NCBI GenBank assembly: GCA_951406725.2
Contig: OX597825.1
Coordinates: 79,298,001 to 79,362,000, forward strand
Origin: Octopus vulgaris
Taxonomy: Eukaryota
DNA length: 64,000 bases
Direction of reading: 5' to 3'
Shown here: positions 25,034 to 38,381 of the stretch, piece after piece
How the letters are laid out: every line of letters starts with the position of its first letter
Numbering within the stretch: position 1 is the first letter of the stretch
Program-made: the position numbers and the translations under genes
The notes under the pieces: model-generated
Told to the model about the DNA's origin: nothing
The model's database searches: none
What the model saw: the letters and a program-made list of their open reading frames with translations, nothing else

Positions 25034-26015
25034 TTCCGTGTTTCAAGACGGGTCGGGTAGGTTGCTGATGTTTAGTGCTGACTGGCGGCAAGAGTGGCTT
25101 TTCAGGCGGTCCTGCGACTGCCACGCACCGCCCCCTTACAAGGGAGGCAACTTGGCAGCGTGCGGGTGGCCATGTCACCCACCACAGAAATGGCGCGTGA
25201 CTTGCTGTGTCGTGCTTGCTGAGGGCGAGGTGCATTAGTCCGTCTCCATCGGTTAGCCATGTCTGCGCTTTTGTGGAGTGATGGGCCCAGTCGAGAGAAG
25301 CGCATGGGTGCTGACGCCAGCTGGCCGTGAAGCTGATGGCAGTGGGGAGCTTATCTGTGACCTGTGGATGCCGTGCACTTACCGGTCCAGCGGGCACAGG
25401 TCGCAATGACGGATTAGAGGAGAAGTGCATCTGATGCTGGCGCTACGGATATCGAACACTGACAAGGCAGAAGATGACTGCTCGCGGAACAAGCGACCAC
25501 CACTGGTGCGTTTGTTGGCAATGATGGCACCTTGGCAAGAAGCAGCGGACTGAGTCCTCTTGTGATCGTGGTCCTACTGTTTATCCCTCGGCAGTTGCAC
25601 GGTCTCTTGAACTCCCTCTCCGAGGTTCTTTTCAACTTTCCCTTGTGGTACTTGTCGGCTATCGGACTCATCCCCATATTTAGCCTTGGATGGAGCAGAC
25701 CACAAGCTTTGGGCTGCGTTCCCAAGCAACCCGACTCTCGGGCTGAAGAACACTGCCGATTGCCGCTGGCCCTGAATAGGACTGGCATTCACTCTGGGCC
25801 GCCCTGATTGAGGGGACTCTTAACCTAGCAGGGTGAAACGATCAACCCTGTACAACCCTTGCGCCACAGCTCTTAATGACCAGTGTGGCTGACGAGATTC
25901 GGCGTTGGGTTTCTCCAGGTTCACTCGCCGTTACTTAGGGAATCCCAGTTGGTTTCTTTTTCTTTGCTTAGCGATATGCTTAAGTTTGGTGGATAGTCTC
26001 GTCCAAGTCGAGGGC
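25034..26015 (-). pseudogene. 28S rRNA 5' fragment (D1-D2 region), decayed orphan copy; ~110 bp of probable ITS2 continues to ~26125
   Basis: Minus strand contains conserved LSU motifs AACTTAAGCATATC..GAAACCAACTGGGATTCCCTAAGTAACGGCGAGTGAA, AAGTACCACAAGGGAAAGTTGAAAAGAAC and CGACCCGTCTTGAAACACGGA, with many substitutions. Confidence 0.93.
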
Positions 26016-26224
26016 AGTGTGTGGGTGTTATATTTGTGAGCTGGTAACTGCTGCTGCTGCTTCAGCTCTGCCAGCTGGCATGAACGCTTGCAAAAAGATC
26101 CACAGTGTGAATGCTGACCGACGGTATATATATATATATATATATATATATACCGGAGTAAACACATAAATGTGAAACAAGGTGGAAAAAAAGAGTACTC
26201 AAATACCAATGGTAGAGTAATATG

Positions 26225-26435
26225 CTTTATTTAAAGCAGCAGAAAATTCAACAAAATCTGTTACTCTGAGTTTCTCGTTGCCTTTCATCAGACAGTTTTT
26301 GCTAGAATGGAACCGATATATCAATTCGGATTGAATTGATATATCGGTTCCATTCTAGCAAAAACTGTCTGATGAACGGCAACGAGAAACTCAGAGTAAC
26401 AGATTTTGTTGAATTTTCTGCTGCTTTAAATAAAG
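26225..26435. mobile_element. Fold-back (103-bp arms, 5-nt loop) Penelope-like end with hammerheads on both strands
   Basis: Plus strand: CUGU CUGAUGA(26369) A-CG-GCAA-CG-A GAAA CUC-A-GAG UA^(26398) ACAG. The arms 26225-26327 and 26333-26435 differ at one position that I could see. Confidence 0.85.
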
Positions 26436-26436
26436 T

Positions 26437-26530
<94 letters not shown>

Positions 26531-28687
26531 CATATATATATATATATATATATATCACGACCTTGACTGGCTTCCATGCTGGTGGCACGTAAAAAGCACC
26601 AGCCGATCATAGCCATTGCCAGCCTCCCCTGGCACCTGTGCCGGTGGCACGTAAAAAGCACCCACTACACTCACAGAGTGGTTGGCATTAGGAAGGGCAT
26701 CCAGCTGTAGAAACACTGCCAGATCAGACTGTAGCCTGGTGCAGCCTCCTGGCTTCCCAGACACTGGTCGAACTGTCCAATCCATGCTAGCATGGGAAAT
26801 GGACGTTAAACGATGATGATGATGATGATATATATATATGTATGTATGTATTATGTATGTATGTATGTATGTATGTATGTATGTATGTATGTATGTATTA
26901 TGTATGTATGTATGTATGTATGTATGTATGTATGTATGTATGTATGTACATATATAATGCTTGACGTTTATGTAATTTAACTTTAAACAAAAGAAAACAC
27001 AGAATCACAACTAAGATGTAAGCTTTCCTTTTATCTCCCATCAAAAGTATCTTGGTTCTTCCAGCATTTAAACCTCATAATTTTAAAGAAATCTTCATTA
27101 TGATATCAAACCAACGAGGAAAATCAATATTCTTTGGCTTAACATAGATTTTTTTATCAGAATTTTTATTTTTTGCTTTTGATACTAATTCCTAATGAGG
27201 ACTTTGATAATTGACCAATGAATAATTGATAACTTGAGAGAGGAAATGTCAATATTGTCGTAGATATGATATAAATTTTTAACGACTGTGTTAATGAGAA
27301 TTAAATCAATAAAAATTAAAAGACTTTGAGAATTTCAAATTAAACAATAAAAGTTCATAGAAAATGTCACCAATCTATTTATTTTGAATCATTTGTTTTT
27401 TTTTGTGTTTTTGTTTTATTGTAAGATAGACAAGGTGGGTCTCACCACAAGGTCCAGTGGAGTGCAAGTTCCGAGAAGGGCCTCCTTATGCTAGATAGGT
27501 CAAAGATAGAAGCCAGATTAATATCAGTTTCAAATGTTGGCACAAGGCCAGCAATTTCGGGGAAAGGGCTTAGTTGATCATATCTACCTCAGTGCTCAAC
27601 TGGTACCTATTTTATTGACCCCGAAAGGATGAAAGGCGAAGTTGACCTTGGCAGAATTTGAACTCAGAATGTAATGATGGATGAAATGCCACTTAGCATT
27701 TTGCCTGGCATGCTAAGGATTCCGCCAGCTTGCTGCCTTGATGATGATGATGATGATGATGATGATGAGGAGGAGGAGGAGGAGGACTATGACGATGACA
27801 ACGACGATGAAGATGATGACGACAATGATGATGATGACGATGATGATGGTGGTGATGATGATGATTGAGAATTACCATAAAAACCCATGTAATTTACGAA
27901 CTTTTTTCACAAAAATAAAAATAAACTTTAGAGGGTGAATAAATTACATGAGCAGATCATTTCCAGAATTTAAAAACAAATTTTTTTTTGTTGGAAAAAG
28001 ATGTACAGAATGTAAATATCTGGACTGGAAGTTCACTCATTTAATGTCAGAAAAGGTTTTTACAGAAGACTTTTTGGAAGAGATACCACAAAGCTTTTTA
28101 TCTGATGCTCGACTGACTCTGCTAATTCACTTTTATATGAGGAAGATGATGGAATGGTAAAAGGGACACTGATGAAAGCAAAAAAATAAAAACAAAAAAA
28201 AACCAACAGAAAAAACACCACCACCATCATCATCATCACCACCATAACTACAAATCCTAACAGCAACAACAATAACAACTAGAAGCTAATCCCAATGAAC
28301 GGCCAGTTATTTTGAGAATCAGTTATAACTGAGACTGACGATTCTAAAGCAATAAACTCATTTTGTGATCAGTGACCTTTTCTTGTTCTGTTGTAGCCTT
28401 TACTCAATAGCTTTTAAGCAAAGGTTACTGAGCAAAACAAGGAACTTTGCCAATTTCAGTGTCTGTGCATGGCTTTTTTTTTTTAATTTGTGTGTGTGTG
28501 TGTGTTTTATATGTTTTAAAAGTTACAGCAATATTGTGATATTATGGCTGGATCAATAGTAGAAGAGAAAAATGCAATTCCAGGCAGGCATGGAAAATAA
28601 ACCTAGGATTGAGAGATCCCAAAGTAAATTTAATAAATATTGAAGGCTTAGTTTATAGGAGAGAAAACAAGGCCCAAATGCTATTAA

Positions 28688-29078
28688 CCCTTTCGATACC
28701 AACCTGGCTGAAACTGGCTCTGGATCTGTAGTACAAATGTCTCGTTTTCATACGTACTAACTTAAAATCTTCCACCAAACTTTAGTTACAATTTATGTTC
28801 CTAACACTAGCTTAATGATAGCAAAGTTAGTTTACTAAATTCTTTGTTATATTTAACCTTTTAATTACCATCCCAGCTGAAACTGGCTCTGGCTCTGTAA
28901 TACAAATGTTTTGTTTTCATAAATTTTGAATTAAAATCTTCCACGAAACCTTAGTCACAATTTATGTTTCTAATACTAGCTCAATGATGACTAAGTTATT
29001 TTACTAAATTCTTTGTTATATTTAAAATTAATTGAAAGAAACACAGAGCCTCTCAAAATAAATACTGTAACGAAAGGG
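28688..29078. mobile_element. piggyBac-like MITE (TTAA target); related elements at 44552-44783 and ~57460-57867
   Basis: TTAA-CCCTTTCGATAC ... GTAACGAAAGGG-TTAA; internal duplication of ~170 bp. Confidence 0.8.
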
Positions 29079-29254
29079 TTAAAGAATGGTCATGTTTGGG
29101 GCATAGAGAAAGGCTGCCATACTTTAAAGAAAAAATCAAAAAAGAAACGACCTTAAGTCATAACTACAAGCAAAGTTACTTTAAACATTGATTTCAAATT
29201 TTGGTACAAAGTCAGTAATTTCAGGAGGGGGTAAAGTCAACTATATCACCCCCA

Positions 29255-29309
<55 letters not shown>

Positions 29310-31544
29310 TCATCATCTGGTATATTCTCTTAAGTGGTTGGCATTGGGAAGGGCATCCAGCCATAGAGACCATGTCTCAACAGACAGCTGGAGTCTGAAC
29401 AGTTCCCTGATAGCCAGCTCTATGTCAATCTGTCCAACCCATGCCAGCATAGAAAGCAGATGTTAGACAATGATGATGATGAGGAGGAGGAGGATGAAAC
29501 AGAATTGGAAGTGCATTGTGACCAGCAGTGTTTAACAGTATTTGATGGTCAGGTCGATATTGCGATACTGTGACATTTGACAGGGAAATCATCATCATCA
29601 TCATCATCATCGTTTAACGTCCGCTTTCCATGCTAGCATGGGTTGGACGATTTGACTGAGGACTGGCGAACCAGATGGCTGCAGTAGGTTCCAATCTTGA
29701 TCTGGCAGAGTTTCTACAGCTGGATGCCCTTCCTAATGCCAACCACGCCGAGAGTGTCGTGGGTGCTTTTATGTGCCACTGGCACGAGGGCCAGTCAGGC
29801 AGTACTGGCAATGGCTACACTTAAATGGTGCTTTTTATGTGCACCGGCACTGGCAACGACCTCGCTGGAATGTTTTGTTCACGTGCCACCGGCACAAGTG
29901 CCAGTAAGGTGACGCTTGTCCACTGGCACAAGTGCCAATGAATGCTAAAGAGTTAAATGGATGCCATTTATGAGAACTGGTGGAAGGGTGGGGGGAAGAG
30001 GAACCAAAAAACAAACAAACAAAAAACTGTTTGGCAACTTGCAGCTGACTTTGCATCATCTTCTGTTACTATTTCCTGCCTTTTTTTTTTTTTTTGTGGC
30101 ATCAGGAACGTGAAAAATTTAGATTAATGGGTTTTGTGACAATTGTCAGAATACCAAAAACTTCATCATTTCAAAGAGTTGTTCGTTGTTGGTGATCTAC
30201 AATAAAAATGAAGTCATTTGTTTCATGTCATTAGATGTGATGAGAAATAATTATTGTCTGTTAATAATGAATGACCTGGGCAACGGGAAGAGACAGACGA
30301 ATCTCTGAAATGTTTCCCAAAGCAACTGTGGTGCCCCAAAATGGTAATGGCATAAGGATTAATCCACTACTTGTTTTTTTTTGTCTGTTCTTTTTTTTTT
30401 CTTTTAATAAGGCTGAATCAATCGCTGCAAGATCACGTTGTTAGACAATCGATCATCATAAATATAGATATATATATATATATATACACACATATATGTG
30501 TGTGTGTGTGTGTCAGTGTGTGTATGCATTTTATATATATATATTTATACACACACACACACACACATATATACATGTATGTAAAAGTGAAATCAAAGCA
30601 GTAAAGACCTCTTAACAGAGATGCAAAAATTATGCTGCACAATGATGCTTGAATATATATACTTCCCAAACCACCACCACCATCATCATCATCATCGTCA
30701 TCATCATTGCCATCGTCATCACAAGCCATCATCAACATCACCATTATCATCAACATCACCATCACAAATCATCATCATTGTCATCAGTACCATCGTCATT
30801 ACCATTATCATTGCATTGCAACCACCACCACTACTGTCATCATCACCACCACCACCACCACCACCACCATCATCAGCATTGTTGTCATCATCGTCATCAT
30901 CATCATCGTCATCATCACTATCATCGTTGTCATCTCCTCCTCCTCCTCCTTTTAATGCCTGTTTTCCTAAGCTGACATCAGTCAGATGTGACTACATTAG
31001 GACAAAGTTTTCTATGGCCAGATGCCCCAACTGATGCCAGCCTTCACCTGTTTCCAAATACCCTCTTCGGCAACTCTTAGCATGAAAAAATGTTTCCGAA
31101 AGTCATGGAAGGAGCTGTGCTGTTTTCTGACTTTGTAAACATGTCCATGGGTGTTAGACAGGTGGAGTTTGAAAAGGTGCGCAGAGTCATTGTTTGTAAG
31201 ATGGTTAATAATTTTATGGGTGTCTGCCAAGTCAGCTGCCAGACGTTGGAGTTTCAATGTATCCATGCCCAGGGAAAAGTAAGTATTATAGAAGACACTT
31301 GCCCAAGGTGGCACGCAGTGGGGTGGAACTGAACCTGAAACCATGTGGTTTGCAACAAAGAGAAAAGCTTCTCCTTAACCACACACGAGTGGCTGTGTGG
31401 TAAGTAGCTTGCTAACCAACCACATGGTTCCGGGTTCAGTCCCACTGCGTGGCATCTTGGGCAAGTGTCTTCTGCTACAGCCCCGGGCCGACCAGTGCCT
31501 TGTGAGTGGATTTGGTAGACAGAAACTGAAAGAAGCCTGTCGTA

Positions 31545-31591
<47 letters not shown>

Positions 31592-31831
31592 GTGTGTGTT
31601 TGTGTGTCTGTGTTTGTCCCCCTAGCATTGCTTGACAACCGATGCTGGTGTGTTTACGTCCCCGTCACTTAGAGGTTCGGCAAAAGAGACCAATAGAATA
31701 AGTACTGGGCTTACAAAGAATAAGTCCCGGGGTCGATTTGCTCGACTAAAAGGCGGTGCTCCAACATGGCCACAGTCAAAATGACTGGAACAAGTAAAAG
31801 AGTAAAAGACAGTAAGCCTGTAGCTGTGATA

Positions 31832-32155
31832 TGTGAGGGCGCATGGCTTAGTGGTTAGGGCATTCGGCTCATGATCGTAAGGTTGTGAGTTCGATTCCCG
31901 GCGACGCATTGTGTCCTTGAGCAAGACACTTTATTTCACGTTGCTCCAGTCCACTCAGCTGGCAAAAATGAGTTGTACTTGTATTTCAAAGGGTCAGCCT
32001 TGTCACTCTCTGTGTCACGCTGATTATCCCTGAGAACTACGTTAAGGGTACACGTGTCTGTGAAATGCTCAGCTATTTGCACGTTAATTTCACGAGCAAG
32101 CTGTTCCGTTGATCGTATCAGCTGGGACCCTCGTTGTCGTAACTGGCGGAGTCTT
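31832..32155 (+). mobile_element. tRNA-derived SINE (third family); a SINE with a related head lies at ~51800-52100(-)
   Basis: A box TGGCTTAGTGG and B box GAGTTCGATTCC, followed by gtgtccttgagcaagacactt..tgctccagtccactcagctg. Confidence 0.85.
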
Positions 32156-33585
32156 TTTTTTAAGCTGTGATGTTGCATAACAACAACATTACATAATGTT
32201 GGACTGAATCTATTTGTGAATTGTGACAAACGATTTTTCAATGCATTCTTGTTGTGAAATTAAGTAAGGCAGGAATTTAGGTAACCCTGATCATAGCTAT
32301 CTGGAACAGACTGTTGTGTACTTTTAGGAAAGGTGATGATATTTCCATTGAAAAAAACATTCAGGGAATAAATAAATAAATAGGTGGAAGACAGTGGATG
32401 CATCTGTGTCTTTGAAATAAATTGTTGGATGATTACGAAAACGGAAAGATTCCTGAATTTTGATAAATTGGTTTCAAAAGGTCAGTAATTACTGACAAGT
32501 GTGAAGTGAAAAACACCCCAAAATATGTATGTATGTGTGTGTATGTGTGTGTGTGTGCATGTGTGCGTGTGTATGCATGTATGTGTATGTATGTATATAT
32601 GTATGTAGGTGTGTGTATATAAGTATGTCTGCATGTATGTGTGCCTGTATGTATGTATGTATGTATGCATGCATGCATGCAAGTTTATGTACGTCTCTTT
32701 GTGTATGTGTGTATATGCATGTAAATATATATGTGTGTGTATATATATATATGTGTATATATATTATATATATGTGTACATATATTATATATATGTGTAT
32801 ATATATCTATGTATATATGTGTGTGTGTGTGTATGTATGTATATATATATATACACACACACACACATATATATACACATACATAGATTGTTGAACAGAT
32901 TGCTTTGAGGCTTTGTGGTAATTGTCGCAGCATCCTGTGCTCTAATAGCAAATAAATAAAGTGACAGTGCTCTACTGGGACAGATTCTTCTCTTTCTTTA
33001 AACCTAGCCTCTGTCTCTCTTATTTCTTCTGAAAAAAAAACAATCTACTGGGGTTTGTTCTGGATGAGGTGGGGATTGCTTGGTCAAAAATTTCTAAGAT
33101 ATTTCATATGTTACAATGGTGCTCCTACAACTCCATCAAATTCAGAGCTCTGGCTGTCACAGTAAGCTCCTCATTTGGTGTTGGCTATCAGTATACAGAG
33201 TAATCATTTGCAATGTAGTGTAATATAATGTGTTTGTGTAACTGAAAATCCAGAAAACCCATATGATAGATGTTTCTGTGAGGTGTAAATAAATCATAAA
33301 GTCAGGAGGTGTGAGAGGTTTGAAAATAGGTTTATTTAACCACATGGCTTCTATAGGATTATAGCCATTTTGAATCCTTCTTCATGTAGTATGGATTCTA
33401 GTCTGTAAATAATTATACGTTCGCCTTCACATAAATATATTTTCTCAGCACTATACAATACCATTATCTTCACCTCTCAGACTTCCTGACTTCATGATTT
33501 ATTTCCTCCATCTGGCTGCTTTTCTTTCTACAAAACAAGAAGTTACATTGTGGAACTGTTATTTTAATGAGTTGTGTCTATTTAT

Positions 33586-33687
33586 CACCCGATGAGGTAC
33601 ATATGCACCACCGGATACCCCTGAACCAGTTGTTGAGTGTCCTAGCCATGAGGGATCAATGCTAGATGTGTCAAAACAATTGTTGTG
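33586..33687 (+). ncRNA. Decayed long-loop hammerhead
   Basis: CAC CCGAUGA GGUACAU..~63 nt..AUGUGUC AAAA CAAUUG UU GUG; core has U4C and G12A; same ACAAUUGU palindrome as the array. Confidence 0.55.
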
Positions 33688-33969
33688 TGTGTATATACAC
33701 ACACACACACACATATATATATATAAACGCGGAGTAGATGAAACAGAAGTGACTGAAGAAGGGGGATTTTCCTTGTATTGTATGTCCTTTACTCTATTTT
33801 TTCGTTGTTTAAGAAAAATGTCCATTTCCTTGGTTTTGTGTTTGTTTTTCGTTTCTCATTGTGTTCGACGTTTTTTTTTGGTGTCCTGTATATGCATGTA
33901 TATATACATGTAGATGTAGGTACGTACATATATGTATGTATATATGCATATGTTTTATTTATTAATTTG

Positions 33970-34024
<55 letters not shown>

Positions 34025-34372
34025 AGAAAATTGAGGGGAGAGAAAGAAAAAGATTGATAGTTTGGTAGGTAGGTGACTGATTTTGTTATGTTTTCCACAC
34101 TGGACATAAAAACATTTGTTGGATGTGAAAAATAATAACAGTGGATGAGTGGCACCTCTGCACTGAAATCTGCTGATTTTCTATTAATGAAACAAATGAA
34201 TAATAAGAACCTCATAAAACCTGATATCTGCTGACTCACAAACAACTATTCACTCCTACACCTGATTGTAATACAAGTCATGACTAGTCATTCTGTCAAC
34301 CTGGGTAGATATAGCGATACAGTTTCTACTGCACACACACACACACACACACGTGTAAATGCACGTTATGTA

Positions 34373-34414
<42 letters not shown>

Positions 34415-34675
34415 GATGTATGTATGTAAATATATATATCTATATATAGTATAAATATATATATATAGTGTCTGTGTTTGTCCTCCCAACATCGCTTGAC
34501 AGCCGATGCTGGTGTGTTTACGTCCCCGTAACTTAGTGGTTCGGCAAAAAAGACCGATAGAATAAGTACTAGGCTTACAGAGAATAAGTCCTGGGGTCGA
34601 TTTGCTTGACTAAAGGCGGTGCTCCAGCATGGCCACAGTCAAATGACTGAAACAAATAAAAGAGTAAAAGAGAGA

Positions 34676-34718
<43 letters not shown>

Positions 34719-34759
34719 ATGTAAATTACGTACATAATTCCTTATCTCTTAAATATAGA

Positions 34760-35000
34760 ACTGTATTAACAAGATCCTTATATGGGCATCTTCCAAAGAT
34801 TTCAACTGTCATAAGAAAGCATTGTCTAGCTCTTGCTGAACATGTGATGAGACACAGTGAAGCTGCTGTGAGAGTCATGCTTTAGTCCCACTCATAGATG
34901 TGGTCGTCCGAACCTGACCCTCAAGAAAATCATTGAGGAAGACGTTGGTCTATTTGGCTGTGTCTTGAAGATTGTGATAGATGAAGGAAACTCATAGTGT
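34760..35000 (+). mobile_element. RTE-like LINE 3' fragment
   Basis: Translation LYGHLPKISTVIRKHCLALAEHVMRH. Confidence 0.6.
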
Positions 35001-35467
35001 TACCAATTTTAGGTCAGTGTCTTGGCAGAATCATTAGAGCATTGGATAAAATGCTTTCTGTTGTTTCTTTTGGCTTTTTTACAATCTGAGTTCAAATTCT
35101 GCTGAGGTCAATTTTGTTTTTCAACCGTTGGAGGGTCAATAAATAATCTAGCAGTTGTAACCTGGGGTTGATTTAATCAAATAAACATCCACCCTGACAC
35201 AACTAAATTTATGGTTTTTTGCCAATGTTACAAAAAACAATTATAGTTATTTGTAGAACAATAACTATTCAAGTAGCACACACACACACACGAATTTTCT
35301 TTCTTCAGCAATCATTTAATTATACTTTCAACTAAACTTTATTATCTCATCTCTGTTTGGACATGTTAGGTAATCTTTGGGGACCTGTCTTTCTCTGATA
35401 CCTTCTAAGTGGTAAAAAAACAATAAACCATTATATTGTTGAGCTAATTCTGTAACGGTATTTTGGC

Positions 35468-35526
<59 letters not shown>

Positions 35527-35588
35527 TAATAATAATAATTATAATAATAAAAATAATTATAATAATAATGATAAAAATAATAATGATG

Positions 35589-35648
<60 letters not shown>

Positions 35649-35899
35649 GTCCCAAAAAGAAAGAACTGCTGTGAAGTAATTCCACTTATAGAAAATTGTT
35701 TGGGAAATCTTAATTTCTATTTTAATTTATGACTATTTATTTGTATTTTATTTCTGGTGAGATGAAGTATCTTCCTGTAACAGCGTGATAATATGGTGCC
35801 ATAAACATTAAAGGAATCAAAGAAAGAGCAAATAAAAGATTCAAGAGAGCAATTAAGGAGAGAGATTTTACACAGGTGGATAGAAAAGCCTCTCATCTT

Positions 35900-36062
35900 T
35901 GCACTTGTACTTGTGATGGCGTTCACCCAGGGCGGGTTGAGCTGGCTTCTTCTCTGGTCCTGACGGCATCACGAACCATGGCAGCCCACACTCGACGGTC
36001 CTGTGCGAGGTCACTGGAGATAACGAGCCATTCGCAGTTCCATCTTTGAATAAAATTTCGCC
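35900..36062 (-). mobile_element. RTE LINE extreme 3' end
   Basis: Minus translation RWNCEWL..DLAQDRRVWAAMVRDAV followed by a caagta-type tail. Confidence 0.7.
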
Positions 36063-36273
36063 CATGTTCAATTTTTTTAGCATTTAAGCTGGCCTTGTTT
36101 CAAAATTTGAAATCGCTAAGGTGCGGGAGCGGCTGTGTGGTAAGTAGCTTGCTAACCAACCACATGGTTCCGGGTTCAGTCCCACTGCGTGATGGCATCT
36201 TGGGCAAGTGTCTTCTGCTATAGCCCCGGGCCGACCAATGCCTTGGTAGACGGAAACTGAAAGAAGCCCGTCG

Positions 36274-36359
<86 letters not shown>

Positions 36360-36904
36360 CATACATATATATGTATGTGTGTGTGTGTGTTTTTTCCCCT
36401 AGCATTGCTTGACAACCGATGCTGGTGTGTTTACGTCCCCGTCACTTAGTGGTTCGGCAAAAAGAGACCGATAGAATAAGTACTGGGCTTAGAAAAGAAT
36501 AAGTGCCGGGGTCGATTTGCTCGACTAAATGTGGTGCTCCAGCATGGCCGCAATCAAATGACTGAAACAAGTAAAAGAGAAGAGTAAAGATATAAAAATA
36601 ACTTTGCCTTTCATTCCCTTCCGGGGTTGATAAAATAAAACACCCGTCAAGTAATGGAGTTGATTTAGTTATTGCTATAAACCATCCTAGATGTGAATGC
36701 AATTATAAATGTAATTCTATAACACCTGTGTGACTTCTGATACGCTTGCTTAGTCTGGAGACATCGTTATCGATTCGAACGGATGCCGTCACTCATTTAA
36801 ATGATGGAATGTGCACGAATGGCTCCGATAATTAGCAATGTGAAATCTGAAAAAATTATGTCAGACATATGTGATAACGTGTTTCGTTAGTATTTACTCG
36901 GCAG

Positions 36905-37600
36905 CCTTTAGTTGTTGCTTTTTAGCCACAGGTTGGCCCTAGTCTAGCAGACACATCAAAGCTGTTCTAACCTTGACAGACCCGTCTTTTTACGCGGGGC
37001 CACATTTCCTAATGTTATACACCCTTATTTTTAAAAAATATTAAAGTGTGATTCGACAGAAATTTGCCTGCTAATTATAATGTTGTTTAGGTCTATTTCA
37101 AGGCGTTCCAATCGTGACAGCACATTTTGTTTTGTATAACAGGGCTTATATTTACTGTAGCCCTTCTATATAAAAAAAGGGTAGGGAGTGATATGATGGA
37201 GATTTGGCTGCTGTTTCTTGCAGGTCGTCGTTGTTGTTTAGCTTCATGATCAAAAGCTTTCCAGTCGTGAACACCACGTCTTATGTTATGCCTAATGTAT
37301 CTTTAATTTCTTTAAAGGCAGTAAGGAGTGGTTTGAAACGGATTTGGCTGGTATTTCCAGAACGTTGTTTGTTAGATCTGTGTAGTCCTCATCATATGTG
37401 GTCCCAGGTCATCCCTGATCAAATTGATTACGGACAAAGGCATTCCAACTATGACCGTCTGACCTTCCCGTCTTTTGTCAATGTGCAAACATCCCACGAC
37501 CACGTTATTCAGTTTTGTCCTTTTAAATATATGAAGTCGCATGAAACGATTGTACTGCACTACTTTTGGATATCCTTGTTGCTTATTTTGATTATAATCA
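36905..37600. repeat. Clustered copies of a dispersed modular repeat (also 38390-40400, 47350-49190, 52420-53150)
   Basis: Recurrent modules ttgttgtttagcccc.ggtca.ccctgatc..gatcaaagg.attcca.c..tgacc and gtgtgatttgagggagatttggctgctatttctagcaggtc. Confidence 0.65.
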
Positions 37601-37714
37601 CCCCATTTTGATTTATATGGGTAATACCATACCAAATTCTGGTGTCTTTAACTTAAGTACCATATTCAACTGAATCTAAATTTTTACTAAACTTATATAT
37701 AAATAAATAAATAA

Positions 37715-37796
<82 letters not shown>

Positions 37797-37928
37797 ATAA
37801 TAACAAAGGGTAAAATTAATTAATTAAGAAGTAATCAGTAATTTCACCAAGTAGAATTCGGCAAGAAAAAGACTATTTCATGGTAAGCTTAAGTAATACT
37901 TTATAATTAGGGTTCAGCAACGATTTGC

Positions 37929-37978
<50 letters not shown>

Positions 37979-37979
<1 letters not shown>

Positions 37980-38381
37980 TAGCAGTATCGCCCGGCGTTG
38001 TTCGGGTTTGTAAGGGAAATAACTATATAAGCATTTTTAGAGAGTTATAGCCAAAAAAATAGCAAAAAAATGCATTAAAAATGGAAAAAAATGATGGTAA
38101 ATTTTTTAAAAAATCGTTGACTCATCGTAGACATTTTTAGAGAGTTACTTCCCTTATATAATAGCGAAAAAATGCATTAAAATGGAAAAAAAATGATGGT
38201 AAATTATTTTTTAAAATCGTAGACTCATCGTAGACGCGCGCTAATACCCAGAAGGGCTCGATATGAATCACGACTATAAGATACCCGGTTTTGGTTACAC
38301 TGCACCGCAAAATGTGGGAGTAGTTAGGAATCTAAATCGTAAGAGACAGACACACAACTTCACTTTTATATATAAAGAAGA
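37979..38381 (-). mobile_element. Non-autonomous Helitron
   Basis: Minus strand begins TC(TTCTTTATATATA) and ends with hairpin CCCG..CGGG plus GCTAG; inserted between A and T. Confidence 0.8.

Noticed and set aside
25017-25807. GC-rich ORFs of 66-137 aa
   Set aside because: They are spurious frames within the 28S rDNA pseudogene.
31832-31905. tRNA gene
   Set aside because: A and B boxes are present but there is no complete cloverleaf or acceptor stem, and the sequence continues into a SINE body.
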